Positions 37,000 through 50,630 of a stretch of 64,000 nucleotides of DNA are shown piece by piece. The stretch comes from Lama guanicoe (Eukaryota). The notes below the pieces were generated by a model. It saw nothing but the letters and a program-made list of their open reading frames with translations. It was not told the origin of the DNA and searched no databases. The translations under genes were made by a program, and so were the position numbers. Within the stretch, counting starts at the first letter, position 1. Each line of letters opens with the position of its first letter. The stretch is from assembly GCA_013239625.1 (NCBI GenBank), contig MU053881.1, forward strand, positions 1,302,001 through 1,366,000. Reading direction: 5' to 3'.

Positions 37000-37800
37000 T
37001 TTTCGCAGATGCCGAGCTACACGACGCTGCCCTCGGCGAGCCTCTCTTTCCTTCCGGAAGAACCGGGAACCCAGGAACCCGCAGTCGAAGATGCGCTGCG
37101 GCGAGGCCAGAATGCGGTCTGGGCACGTGACAGGTTCAGCCAGGCCTCCCCTCGCAGACGAGTGCGGAGAACTACACTTCCCAGAATCCGTGGGTTCTCG
37201 CGTGGACTACATTTCCCAGAGGGGCTAGCGACAGCCCCTGCCCCGCCCCCCGGACCTGCGTGGGTCGCCGAGCGTTTGCCGCGGGCGTGAGGGGTGTCCC
37301 GGCTTCAGGTCCGCCCAGGCTTCACCCCGGGAGTGGCCCGTCTCGAGGCTGCTGTCCGGCCCGGGCGGTTCCCGAGCCTCCCGCCTGCGGCCCCTGGAAG
37401 CCCCGGAGCCCGGGCGAGGTGAGCGGCGGAGCGGCGGCGGGATGCGGGAGGGAGGAGCGGGCCTCGGGAGGACGCAGCGCGGGGCGCAGGCCCGAGGGGC
37501 GCGAGCCGGGCCTTTGTGGGCGCCGGCGGGCCGAGGACCCGGCCCCCGGGCTCCGTGCCTCGGCCCCGCCAGCGCTCCCGCGGCCGCGCCCCTGCCCCTG
37601 ACGCGGCGGGTCGGGCACTTGGCCCGCACCGGCCCGGCCCCTTCTGCTTCCTCCCGACCCGCTGCCGGCGCGCTCCCGGCCTGGCCCCGGCCGGCCTTGA
37701 ATTTGCCCCCGGACGGCAGCGGACGTGAGAAAATGATTTCTTCCCTTTAGCATCGCCACTGCCCTCCTGGGTGACAGGCGTAATGGCCTGTTTTGCACGA
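37000..37800 (+). promoter_or_regulatory. ZNF354A: CpG-island promoter and non-coding exon 1 of ZNF354A (donor after 37418)
   Basis: Very GC/CpG rich; ETS palindrome cttccggaag 37051-37060; E-box cacgtgac 37124-37131; two ZNF143 motifs at 37171 and 37206; GC box 37241; donor gag|gtgagc. Confidence 0.85.
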
Positions 37801-38492
37801 AACATGAGTTGCCGACTTCCCCTGGTGGCAGAGCCAGGACGGGAACCTAGGGCTTTGGTTTCTGTGACAGCAGCCCCCTCCTCGCCATAGGAGAGCTGGT
37901 CTTCTTGTCTTTACTCTTTCCGAAGCAGCTTTCTCTAGAATTTTGGAATTGTGTCCTTGATAGGAGTCGGAGGAAGCGGGTGGAAAGGCTTGAGGTGGAA
38001 AAAAGTTGTCACATTTATGCAGTGAGGTTGGAGCAGGTGCAGGCTGGAATCCCCGTGCCACCCTCGCTGGCTATGTGGACGGGAACAAGATGCCTCCTCT
38101 TTGCCCTCGGTTTCCAGATCTGTAAAATGGGGCTGCTGACAACGGTAGCTGTTCGGTGGGACTGAACGATGTAGGTGCTGCCTGGCACCCGGTGAGGCTC
38201 GGGGAGTTGCTGCTGCTACTACTGATGGAATCTTACGTTTTTCCCTCTGAGTCGGGGAGAGAGCTGGGTCCTGAGCCAGGATGGTCCAGCCTTTCTCTCT
38301 GGACTTGCTGGCTTCTGGCTCTTTCCACCTTCTTTCTCTCTCTGCAGGCACGTGAATCATTCTCAGGTAGGGTAAGGTTTTCAGAGCTGCTGATTCTGAG
38401 GGGTGGGAAGCGAAAGAGGCTCCCTCCCCTCTCCCTTTTTCTTCTCCCAGATCTGACCTCTGGAGACTCCACCCATCCTTGAGAAAGAGGAC

Positions 38493-38525
38493 ATGGCTAC
38501 TGAACAAAGGGAAGCAAGGTCTCAG
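38493..38525 (+). CDS. ZNF354A: ZNF354A first coding exon (exon 38451-38525), MATEQREARSQ
   Basis: Acceptor ttctcccag, gacATGG start, donor cag|gtgagt; resembles human MAAGQREARPQ as recalled. Confidence 0.88.
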
Positions 38526-39239
38526 GTGAGTTCATTGTCATCTCAGGTCTTAGGGACAGATACGGATATTAGGGGTTTTTTATCCTCAGACTGAAGCTCA
38601 CTCCCATTCAGTTTCCACCAGGATTTGGAGTCCAAGTCCTTTCCCCTCTGAAGACTTGGTCCACCCTGATGGATGCTGGGTTCTGTAAGGAATGCTTTTC
38701 TCCCCCTCCCCAGTCTATGCCTGTTGTTTCTGGTTTCTTTTCCTACTGGGCAGTCTTTTATTCTTTAATCTCAATTCACTGTATGATTATCGATTTGACA
38801 AGGAAGATGCCACAGGTCTTATATCACTTGGGGACAGAACCAACAAACATAAACATTTGGCAGAGTTCCTTTCTGACCTGCCTCCTTGGCTACTCATGCC
38901 CCGTTTCCTTCCCTTAGCCAGAGTGCTTTTCATTTTCTTTCAGTGCTTGAGAATCCTCATGATTCCTTCCCCAGACTTTTCCCTGTCCATAGTTGTTTCA
39001 TTTTTTTTCTCCCTCTTAACTGTGTGGATTGTGTGCCTAGCTTCTACCAGTCTGTTGAAAACTGTTCCTAACTTGCCATTTCATCCTTATGAGAATAAGT
39101 GTCGGACCCCATCCGAGGGAGTCAGTGTGCAACCAAAGGATAGCCATGTTGGAGAGGACACAGACAGACAGGCCTCTTGACTCCAAGGGCAGAGAGAAGA
39201 CTCCTCAGGAAGCGGCAGGGAGGGTTTTGTGCGATATTG

Positions 39240-39500
39240 GTAGTGGAGAGGCAGTGTGTACAGTGGTTACTAAGTGGGGCTTTTGAGCCACTTTTGGGCC
39301 GAGTCTGTGCCCATCTCCTCTGCTGCTGTAATGGGTCTTAGGCAGATAACTCCACCTCTCTGTGCCTCAGTTTCTTCACCTATAAAATGAGAATGACAGC
39401 CGTGCCTACCTCATAGGGTAGGTGAGAGGGTCCCATGAGTCAGTTCACGGAAGGTGTTTAGATCAGGGCCGGGCATGTAGACGGTGTTCAGTATGTGGTG
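39240..39500. mobile_element. MIR SINE
   Basis: Core ctctgtgcctcagtttcttcacctataaaatgagaatga...cctacctcatagggt. Confidence 0.8.
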
Positions 39501-40882
39501 GCTGTGAGCGGAGCCGTGTTATTCTAGCCCATGATGCTATTACTGTTGGTGGACAGAAATTACTCTGCAGTGTTTCTCAGACCCAGGAAGCACTGTGCTC
39601 CCTTTACTCATCTTCATCTGAGAATGATGGTTGACGTTGCTGGGGAACGTCCTGGGGGCTCCTCCTTTGTTCTCACTCTTGTAACAGCACAGCAGTTATT
39701 ACCCCCATTTTACACATGAGGAAACTGAGGCTCAATAAAGTCAAGTGACCTGAAATCAAACCCACATATGTCTGACCTCTGAGTTCATGCTGGTTACTGT
39801 CCAGCCGTTTCTCAGGTGCATCTTTCAGAACACAGGGAAGGCCCAGCCCTTGTGTTACCAGAGCTCTTCTGCAGTGTGGTGGTGTGTATCTTTTGGACCC
39901 AAGAAAAGTGGTAGTGGTTGGTCTTCTGAGGCTGTGGCTAGGACCTGCCTTTGCATATTTGGGCTGCTTTTTTTCTAAATCTTTCCCATTCCGTTACAAT
40001 AGAGCCAAGGTGCTCTCTTGCCCAGAGTCTTCTCTGTCCCTGTATGTGAGTCTCCCTAAAGTCACCTGCTGCCTATATGTCAGTTCTGGGTGGACTTGTG
40101 TGTAAAACTCAGGGACAAGACGTTTAAGATCAGAGAGGGAATACACCCACCGAGTGCTGGGTTAAAAGAAACCTGTATTTATTGTCCTGCCTCTGCCATT
40201 AATAAAGTATGTGACCTGGTTCTTGACTGCTCTGGACCTTCCTCACCTCTCAAATGAGGATTGAACTAGGAGATGGTGTACGGTCTTGTCCAGTGACCCG
40301 TTTTTCTTTCATTATGCAAGTTATTTCATACATTTTTCTTGTCTGCCAGTTGGATCATAAATTCTTTCGAGGGCAAAGGTAATTTCTTGTATTCCTCTGT
40401 ATGCCAGTAAATTATCATACATGTATTATGTGTTAATATTAAAATTCTCAGAGAATAAAAAATACATATATAAAGAAGAAAGTGAAATCACTCTCACCCC
40501 AACATCTCGAGATAATCATGGTCACAGCTTTGTATGTGGCCCTCAGAATAATTTCCTATGCACCTTTATTTAGTTATTATTTATTTATGTACAAATGTAT
40601 GTATGTATTTATTTTACCATTTTAACCTTTTTATTGTGATGAAATAAACATAAGATTAAGTTTACCACTCTGTTTTTGGTTGTATGATTCATGGGCATTA
40701 AATACATTCACACTGTTATGCCACCATCACTACTGTTTATCTCCACTGTATGGATTATCTCGTTTATTTCTTAACCCTGTGAGGTAGGCATTGACGGGCA
40801 GTTTTGCAGAGTGTTTAAGAATGGAGCCTTGGATGCTCCTTGGATTGGAATTTCCCCTCTGGCCCTGGCCAGCTGTGATTCT

Positions 40883-41760
40883 GTGGTCTGTGATATGAAA
40901 TATATATCTGGTCTTCGACTCTGCACCTCACGTATAACTTCAAACACCCTTGTGGTTTCCGAAGTGATTAGTAATATTTGTTTTTTATTCCTGAAATTGC
41001 TTTAGAGCTATAAAAGCAAAATGGCTTGTGCGTGTTTTGTTATTCCTAACAAGCCCTTTCCTCCACACCACAGTTTATATTAATGAGGTAGCCTTTGGAC
41101 CCCACCAAGGGTGGGGGCTGATTGCCGGGGAACCAATCTTAATTAGAGGGTTGGAACTTTCAGCCCTGCCCCCCTGCCTGCTTAGGGGCTGGAAGCTGAA
41201 TCAGTCACCAGTGGCCAGTGATTTAATCAGTCATGCCCGTGCACTGAGGCGTGAAAACCCACAAGGGTTGGAAGTTCTTCCGGGTTGGTGCACATGTGGA
41301 GAATCAGGTAAAATGGCACATCCAGAGAGGGCACGAAGCTCTGCACCCCTTCCCATAGACCCTGCCCTGGGGACCTTTCATCTGCCTGTTCCTCAGTTAC
41401 ATCCTTTTATAATAAACGTGTAATCTAGTAAGTAAGTATTTTCCTGAGTTCCGTGAGCCACTCTAGCAAATTAGACGTGAGGAGAGGGTTGTGGAAACCT
41501 CCAATTTGTAGCCAGTCAGTTAGCAGCACAGGTAACAAACACCCTGGACTTGGGATTGGCACTGAAGGAGGGGCAAGTCTTTTAGGACTGAGTCCTTAAC
41601 CTGTGGGATCTGACTCAATTTCCAGGCGTCAGAATTGAGTTTAATTGTAGGACACCTAGCTGGTGCCACACAATTGCTTGGTTTGTGGAAAGCCCCTCAC
41701 GTATGGTGTCAGAAGTGGTGTTGAGGGTAGAGGAGGCACACAGGAGGAGTGAGGTTTTCC
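40883..41760 (+). mobile_element. MER21-like ERV LTR splitting a MIR
   Basis: ttagagggttggaactttcagcc...gagccactctagcaaat...aacctgtgggatctga...aggacacctagctggtg; MIR halves on both sides. Confidence 0.8.
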
Positions 41761-42346
41761 TTTGTACCAGCTGTGTGACTTGGATAAATTTCTCTTTGTT
41801 TTCTCTTGTGTAAAATGGAGACAATAACAGTACCTTCTTCATAGGATTGTTGCAAAGATAAAAGATTTACACAAAAAATTAATATAAAGCTCTAAGAATA
41901 GTACTTGACCCAAAAAAGCGTTCAATACATGATAGCGCTGTTCATTTCCATCATCACCATCCTCAGGCTTCAGGGAAGACAGAGATGGTGCCTTGTTATT
42001 TAACCTGGCCTCCGTCAGTGATTGTTCAGGTTGTTTCCACTTTTTTGCTATTACCAATGCCATGAAAAATGTCCTTGTGTGTGCGTTTTTGTGTGCTGTT
42101 CATTATCACACAAATTTTGCAATTGGAGAGTTTAAGAATAGGCACATTTTAAAACTTTTAATGTCTGTTATCAAATTGCCATCAGGAAGATTATTCTAGT
42201 TAACACTCCCACTAGTGGCCTTAATACCGCCATACATCTCTTGTACTGGTTAACACAAGACCACTTCATACTTCATGCGACTCAGGGTATGTTTGTCACT
42301 GGTCAGTTGTTCACTAAACAAATGACCCGGAACCTTCAGAACCTAG

Positions 42347-42673
<327 letters not shown>

Positions 42674-42917
42674 TGAGTTTTGCCTTAGCACTTACAATTC
42701 GGAGTCCATAAATAAATTTAAAACCTTTTCACCCCGATAGACATGGAATCGCCCCGTGGTCGGGAAAATCTACAGAGCTGCACGTTAGACGTTCCCTCAT
42801 AGTTCAGGAAACATTTCGCACTGTGACTGTTCTGTGATGTGTTGTTCACTCATTTCTACAGAGCGTGCCTCCACCCTCTTCTCTGACCCACCGCTTGCGT
42901 TTCCCAGTTCTCTTTCC

Positions 42918-43108
42918 CAGGAAGCAGCAAACTCTTTCTGTAAAGGGCCAGGGAGTAAATAATTTAGGCTTTGTGGGCCACATATGGTCTCTGTGACATA
43001 CTCCATTCCTTTCTTTCCTTTTTTTTCAACCATTCTTTCCTCAAGGGCCATGTATAAACAGAGAGTGGCCTAGATTTGGCCTATGACCCGTAGTTTGCTG
43101 ACTGCTAC
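42918..43108. mobile_element. MER58-like hAT element
   Basis: cagcaaactctttctgtaaagggccag...taggctttgtgggcca...gtagtttgctgac. Confidence 0.75.
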
Positions 43109-43502
43109 CATTTTTCAGATGGAATCACATAGTGTTTTCTCATTTTAAACGAACTGCCTGGTACGTAATCCTTTCCATACGTACCTGTTACAAATATCAC
43201 TTTTGTCTGTACATCTAACATTTCCCCTTCTGTGGAAAGCTAATGGTTTCAAGGCTGCGTGTTTATCCTATTTCCCCGACACACAACTACTCAGTACCCG
43301 GGTGTGTCCTACGAGCCCCTCGCCGTTTCCCTAACACACCCCCTCAGTCGTGGGGACGCAGCCTGAACACCCACAGAAGCTCCTTGTATTGTCCTCTGAG
43401 TTTCCCCTCAGATCTCTGATACCTCTTTGTGTCAAAACCAAGGTTTTTTTTTGTTGTTTTCATTTTTTTATTGTTTGTTTCCTCTTTTTTGTCTATGAGC
43501 AG

Positions 43503-43598
43503 GGCTCCCGTTCTCCAAACCCAAAGTGATCTCCCTGTTGCAGCAGGGAGAGGACCCCTGGAAGGTGGGGAGAGACAGTCCCGGAGGCGCCTCTCTAG
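43503..43598 (+). CDS. ZNF354A: ZNF354A KRAB-B exon (96 nt)
   Basis: (G)[31 protein letters not shown]; acceptor gagcag, donor g|gtgagt. Confidence 0.95.
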
Positions 43599-46500
43599 GT
43601 GAGTGGGTGGGGACGTCTGCAGGCGGCCGTCTGGGGGTGAGTGGGGGTGCGGCTTGGGGATGCTGCTCGGGAAGGTTTCTCCAGGTTCGCGGTCCCCGGA
43701 AGCGCTGGAGAAGGGAGGCTAAGCTTCCTCTTCTGCTCTGGTAATCACTGCACAGGCGAATCTCTCAGGAGCTTTTTTCTTCTCTTTCCTGTTGTTTCAG
43801 AGGAGGGCTCCACTTTCATGTATTCATTCAGCAAACAGTGTATTTGAGGATTCGCAGAGAATCCATTCTGACTCCAGCCCAGCTTCTGTGGGAAAAGAGA
43901 TGAGGAAGGAAATGAGACTAGACAGACAGGTGCTTTGGTACATTTCTGAGATGTGAACTGCCCACTGACAAGAGAGAGTAAGTCAAGGATTTTGAATAGG
44001 AGAACCCTGTATCCTTGAGATTTTAGAAAAAGTGGTCTGAGTCGAAACACTTTAAGTGTCCTTCAGTAAAGGCAGAGCTAGAAGCTGAGATGGGCCCCTG
44101 CGCTGGCCCACAGCCCCGCAGTCAGAGAGCAAGAGCAGTGATGTGGACAGAGCAACAGGGCACGTGAAGGACTAAAGCAAGTCATGGAGCGTCAGTAAGA
44201 CGTGTCGCTGTTGATGTGTGAAGAAACTTACGTGGGTGTCTGTACGTGTAGTATGGCCAGTGCCCAGAGGAGGTCAGGGGACACCTCTGAGCTGGTAACT
44301 AGTTACATTTGGAGTGGGGCTGAAAATGGGTGTGATGAAAGGGGACTTCATTTACAGGTAATGTTTGTAATTTTTCGGAGAGTATGTTCCTGGAGTCCTT
44401 ATTATGTGATTTGTGTTTAACAAGAATGGTCACTTGGGAAATGTTGGATCTTAGAACTGAAGTGAGGAGAAACTGGGGGTGGGACCCTTGTGGAGATCGC
44501 TGCGCTACTAGGGCCTGGAGGAAGGCACGTGCAGGGGGTCAGGAGGGAAGAGAGGGGCCCCTTTGTTAAGGGTGCAGGGTGAATTTGGTGTGGGATGGGT
44601 TTCATTTGAGATGTGAGTGAAATACGGGTAGAGGTCGCCGGGGGACAGTTGTGGGAGGTAAACGGGGTTGGGACTCAACAGGGTGGTCAGGGAGCTGGCG
44701 GGCAAAGGTGGCGCTTGGAGCCTTGAGCTGAGCAGGTGAGGACAGAGTCCCAGGAGACCTCCCCGTTTATGAGGTGGGTTAAGAAGGAGGAATCTGTGGC
44801 TGAGCCTGAGAAGAAGTCACCAGGGGAGAGAAACGGCAGAGGTGGCTGCTGTGGAAGTTGGGGGCTGAGAGCTGTGGAATCGGGGAGGCCTAGGCTCTGG
44901 GGGACCCAGGTTCCAACCCTCGCCCCCCGCTTTCCAGTCCCGTAGTAGACGGTGAGTGAGTTCCGTGCTGGGCACTGGCGGTGCAGCCTTGGGCAGAAGG
45001 ACGCAGGTCCTGCCCTGGCGGAGCTCAGTCGAGGGGCAGACAGGTGTTCATGAGCTCGGTGCACCCAGGGGTGTGGAGTGACAGGGTCTGGTGGGGACCC
45101 TGCGGGAGAGCTGCAGGTGCGGTGAGAACGTGGAAGAGGAGGGCCGGTGTCAGCAAAGGCTTCCGCCAGCAAGGACCACTCTCAGGATGTGGAGAAGCGT
45201 TCAGACTCAGGAAAGGGCGTGTGTGAGTCCAGAGAGAGGCAGGCAGCAGGTGCAGATGGAGCGAGGAGGGAGGAACAAGGACCAGATCACGCTGAGCCTG
45301 GAGCCCTGTCACAGGACCTGGTCTGCCTGGGAGCCAGGCACGGCCTCTGAGAGTTGAGGTAGCCTGGCCACAGGCCCAGGCTCATCTTCCGCACGGATCA
45401 GCCTGCAGCCCACGTGGAGCCAGTTGGCAGACGTGGGAGGTCTTGTCTGAGGCTGTGGTCGGGTCCAGACGGGTCAGTGTTGGCCCCTCCCCATGGGGGC
45501 CCAGCAGAGGGGCTGTGGGACAGGCTGTGTCGATCCCTAAAGCCCCCACACTTTAGGGGAGAGCTTCCTTCCCACTCGAGTTGAGATTTTTTGAGGTGGG
45601 AACCACACATGTCTTTCTATCTTGTAAGTGTCATTTGGGAGAATGTACTAAATTTGGGAACGACTAGAAACTGTCACAGAGTAAACAGAGAACACAGGCA
45701 GCCGGGAACCAGAGGAGGGTTAGGATGGGCGTCAGGGCCACCGGCAGGTGTGGGCCGAGTCTGGCGTGAATGATCAGAGGGAGGGAAGGAGGGACTGTTC
45801 CCGTCCCCTTCGCCTTGGGAGCCTCTGGTGGACGCGGAGTCCCCCTTCCTGAGTGAAGTGCTGGTTGGATTAAACAGAATGGAAAGTATGACTGGAGCCC
45901 AGATCTGTCCAGAGAGACCCTGCAGCCACCTCGTGGTGTGTCGAGTCCTCCTCAGGGTTGAGAAGACGTCCCTGAAGAGAGAACTCTGAGTGGCGTGTGG
46001 AGGAAGGGAGGACGTCAGAGCTGAGCAGTGTGTGCGTTTCTCTTTGTGGGAGGAACCGCCTCCCTTTGCTCAGAGGTGACGTCAGATGAGACGTCCTGGG
46101 GGAGCTGGTGTGTGGCTGTGTCCCTCCTGCAGCCCTGGCGAGTCTCCCATCTGCCTGGACTAAAGTGCCCTCAGAACAGCCTCCCTTCCAAGGGGAGCTC
46201 GCTTCCCTGTGAGCTCAGGTGAACGTCCTCGATGCCATTGGAAGTACCTCAATCATTAACTCCGACCAGAACCAAAAACAGACCCTCTGAACAGCCAGTG
46301 ACGGAAAAGCTTACGCTCCCAGGGTAGGACTCCTGGCACCTCTGTTGCCTCCAAGTGTGCTTTTAAAGTATTACTTTCATTTCAAAACTATTCACAAATA
46401 GGAAAAACAGAACCACAACAAAGAAAAACTGCATAATCCCTGGGTCTCTGTTGAGAGATGGGAGGAAAGGGTGTGAGTCTCCTCTGAGTTGTTTGCTTAA

Positions 46501-47019
46501 GAAATGAGCCTAAAGTCTAACCACTTCTCTGGCGTAGTTATAATCAGAATACTGTGATTAAACCGACTTGAACGTCTCATGGATTTGGTTTACAACTGAC
46601 ATAAAAATGTTCTTGAAATCAAAATTTAAAAATCCAGGATGATTCTAGGTAAACAATTACCTCCAATGAAAAAGTGTTTTTCTTCCCTTGTCTTTCTCTC
46701 TTCCATTGTTATCTTAACGTAAGAATTCAGGGCGGACTGAACCTGGCAGGGTGGTCAGCTGAGGGGTCACCTGAGGACTGTCTTCAGCTGAGATTTGCTG
46801 GGGCTGCATCTGCACAGAGGGCAGGGGTCTTTCTCTGATTTGCAGAGAAGTGTTGTCAGGGTTATGCGGCAGCCTAGTGAAACAGCATGCCACGGTTTTA
46901 GAGTGAATTTCTTGCAAGGTGGAAGTGGAGCTCACGTGCCCCGTAGTCCTGTTTAATATGTGTGAGTTAGTCTTGTCCTCGTCCCTTGCCCTCCCCTCCT
47001 GCCACCAACATCTCCTCTC

Positions 47020-47580
47020 CTTGTAGCCGCCAGAATGGTCTATTTAAAAGATAATCAGGTCCTGTCGCTCCCATGCTCAATCCTGTGGTGGCTTCCATCA
47101 CATAGAGCACAATCCAGACCGCCAGCCTGGCCTTTAGAGGCCTGCGTGGTCTGGCCCGACCACCTCTCCACCTTCACCTCCTTCCCCTCTGCCCTTCATT
47201 CCAGAATCCCCCTGGCTGCCAGGGTGTAGTCAGGCAGGCCCAGCAGGGCCCCCCTCGGGGCATCTGCAATTCCTTTGTCCTCTCTGGGACCATTCTTCTT
47301 CCTGAGCCACGAGCCCACATGACCCACTTCCTTGTGTTGCACACATTTCTGCTCAGATGGCATTTTGTCAATGGGACACAACTCATCTGAACCTGGCCCT
47401 CCATTCTCCACGTTCTTTATCCCCTCACCATGCTTTATTTTCCCTCAGAGTGCTTATCACTGAAAAATAGCCCATTTTTATTTACTATCTGCTCTTCCTC
47501 TGGGTCGTAAGCTTCCTCATGCTGGGCTGTCTGTTTTGTTTGTTCCCGTCTCCCCGATACCTAAAACAGTGCCTGGTCAG
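47020..47580. mobile_element. L2 LINE fragment; further L2-like pieces at about 44400-45400 and 47660-48900
   Basis: ccagaatggtctatttaaaa...gtggcttccatc...cctaaaacagtgcctgg, typical of the L2 3' region. Confidence 0.7.
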
Positions 47581-49861
47581 AGTCGGCTGCGGTTAAGGAG
47601 CGCATGCGTGTCTTGGCTGAGTTCGTGGTGCTGGAGACAGAAAGAAGGGAACCAGTGTCAGAGAGAGTTCTGAGATAAAAGCAGCAGGACTTGGAGACGG
47701 ACTAGATGTGGAAGCTAAAGGAGATGGAGTTGTGCAGGGTGCTTGCTGGGTGTGTGGCTTGTTTGGAATGAACAATGGTATCAGTCACTGAGCTGGTGGT
47801 CCTAAGACATCTTATTTAGGGGGGAGGTGGTATAAATATGATTTTGGACGAATTAAATTGTCTTTCGTTGACCCAGTTATCCACGTGGAGGCATCAGGTA
47901 GCCTGTGTGATTTGGAGTTCCAGCCCTCATAATATACACTGGGCATGAAATGTGAATTTGGGAAACAATGGAAACATTATAGGGTTGAGTGTGAGTCGGC
48001 CTGAGGAATGGGTTCAGAGAACAGTAAGTGCAGGGAAGAGCCTGGGACTCGGCCTTGAGGACGTCTGGCATCTCTGGCATCTGGTGAGGAAGAGAGAAGT
48101 GAACCCCTAGGGAGGAGAAGGGTGAGGTGTACTAGACGCGGGAACTCGGGAGTCTGGCGTCACTGAAGTCAAGGCTCACAGAGGGTGCTGTCAGTGGAGG
48201 TGGGGAAAGTGGGTGGATTTGAGACGTATTTAGATGGTGGTGTGAACGAGTCTTGGTGATCGATTAGCTGAGGGAGAGGTGTGAAGGACGCCTCACAAAG
48301 CTTTGGTTCAGAACTGGTGCCATGTACAGAGACAGAAGGATTCTGCGGGTTGGAGGAAGGGGATAATCGTGCATCAGGGTCAGGCATGTTGCCTCTGGGG
48401 TGTCTCTGAGACATCTGAGTCGCTGTTTGCAGTAGGCTGCTTTGTGATTAGGTGTGGAGGATGGAGAAGTCTTGCTGAGAGTGCATGTTTGTAATTGAAG
48501 CTGGTCTGTGGAAAGAATTGGGGGCCTAGGACTAAACCCTAAGGAGCGCCAAGGGTGAAAGCCAGGTAGAAGGAGGTGGGTGCACAAAGGAGACTCAGCC
48601 CGCAGAGGAGACAGAGGCGGCGGGAAGTGAGAAGAGCGTGATGGCGAGTTCAGTGTCCCTGCAGCTTAGGAAGAGAGCGTCTCCTCGGGATGTGAGTGGT
48701 CGCGATCAGATGCTGCCAGGAGGCGAGTTAGGTGAGAACTGAAGAGCATCTTGTCTTAGCCACGTGGAGGTCACGGCTGCCTTGGGGAGGGTGGTGGTGA
48801 GGGTGGGAGCCAGAGTGGAGCGCACGGGAGGCGAGTGGCCAGGAGGGCATGAACACATGGGGCTACGACAGGAGGAGAGACGAGGCGGCGCGGTGGCCGC
48901 AGAGGCTGGGGGAGCCCGTTTATGCATGTGTATATTCTTCTCTGTGTATATTCTTCTCTACCCTCTTCCACTCCAGTCATAGTGTACAGTGCGCACAGCG
49001 CTGCCCCTTTCTCGCTTGATGTGTGTTGAGACTCTTCCCGTGTCGGTACCTAGAGACCGTCCTGGCTCTAAAGAGGGAGTGTTCTGAGGCCTCCCACGGC
49101 CCCTCTTCTTGGCTGGGGGAAGGGGCGATTTTGGTTGTATGTGGCTCTGGATAATGTTAGCCCAGCGGGCCCAGTTTGGGATAGAATTTTATAAATGATA
49201 TTATTGCTAATTAGAAATATGGATGTTAGTCTAAAGCTATATACCTTTGTCATGTATCCATATAATGTCCTGATGTGTTACAGGTAGAGTCAGCCCAGCT
49301 GTCCCTCAGAGGGGTCTGGCTGACTAACCTGAGGGACCTTCACACAGTGGAGTGCTTCGTAACTGTAAAGGGGAACGAGGAAGACCTCTGTAAATCCTGC
49401 TGTGGGGCGATGTGTGAATGAGTGGGAGAAAGTGTAGGGCAGAACAGTGAGAAAAGTACTTTTATCTAAGAAAGGAGGACAAGATAAAGAGAAAAGTGTG
49501 TATTTGCTTATATATATTTTTTAAATAGAAAAGCTAAAAAGAAGGTTAAAAGTACATCAATAAAAAAATGGTTACCTGTAAGGTGAAGAAAGAGAAAAGA
49601 TCGAGAGGACAAGGGTAGAATGTAGAATTTTTTAAGCTGTCTTGTTTTTATGATGTTGACTTTGGAACCATAAAATGTCTTATAAAATTATAAAACAAGA
49701 TTAAATAAAAATAAAAATTTTTTCCATAAATATTGAAAGCAAAATGAAACAAATGATCCTAATTGTGTTTCAGTTGGTGGTTTAGTCATGTAGAGAGTTA
49801 TGTCAAATGCCTATAAATCACAGCAGTTTGAATAATGACCCTAAGTGGCTTATTTCTATGA

Positions 49862-50630
49862 TGTTATGATTTATAATAAATATGTATTTGGTGCAGAGCT
49901 CTTTTAGGAATTCTAAGTGATGAGACACCTTTGTAGGTGTCTTTGTTAAGCTATTGGGGTGACTTTGGACCTTACCTTAGGATGGGGCACTGGTTTTCAG
50001 GAGAACCAATCATGTGATTAGAGGGTTGAAATTTTCAATCCCACCGCTTGACCTCCTACCCTGGGGAGGAGTTGTGGGCTGGAGTTTGAATTAGTTGTAT
50101 GTGGTCAATGATTTGATTAATCATGCCTGTGTAATGAAGCCTCCATAAAATGCAAAAGGACGAGTTCAGAAAGCTTTTGAGTTGGTGAACATGTGGACTG
50201 AGGGGAGTGGTACCCTTGGAGCAAGCATGGAAGTTCCACGCCTTTTTCCCCGTGCGTTGTTGCCCTGTGCATGTTTCCCATCTGGCTGTTCCCAAGTTAC
50301 ATCCTCTTATAATTAACTGGTGATCTAGTAAGCAAAATGCTTCTCTGACTTCCATGAGCCACTCTAGCAAATGAATCAAACCCAAGGTGGGGGTCGTGGA
50401 GACCTCTGATTTATAGCCAGCTGGTCAGAAGTACAGGTATAACCTGGGCTTGTGACTGGTGTCTGAAGGAGGCAAGGGGCAGTCTTGTAGAACTGAGCGC
50501 TTAACCTGCGGGATCTGATGCTGTCTCCACGCAAGTGTCAGAGTTGAGTTGAACTGTGCGACACCCAGTTCGTATCCGAGAATTGCTTCTTGTTGATGGA
50601 CCCCCCCCAACGTGGGAATTGGTGCAGGTT
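49862..50630 (+). mobile_element. MER21-like ERV LTR
   Basis: Collinear similarity to 40883-41760: gattagagggttgaaattttca...gagccactctagcaaat...aacctgcgggatctga. Confidence 0.8.

Noticed and set aside
37225..37805. Multiple overlapping 100-166 aa Arg/Gly/Pro/Ala-rich ORFs
   Set aside because: Expected from stop-codon scarcity in a CpG island; no recognisable domain.
37935..39180. 190-aa (minus) and 162-aa (plus) ORFs near ZNF354A exon 2
   Set aside because: Antisense or intronic, low-complexity composition, no recognisable homology.
44687..45357. 161-aa and other ORFs in the last ZNF354A intron
   Set aside because: They lie in GC-rich L2-like sequence with no coding signature.
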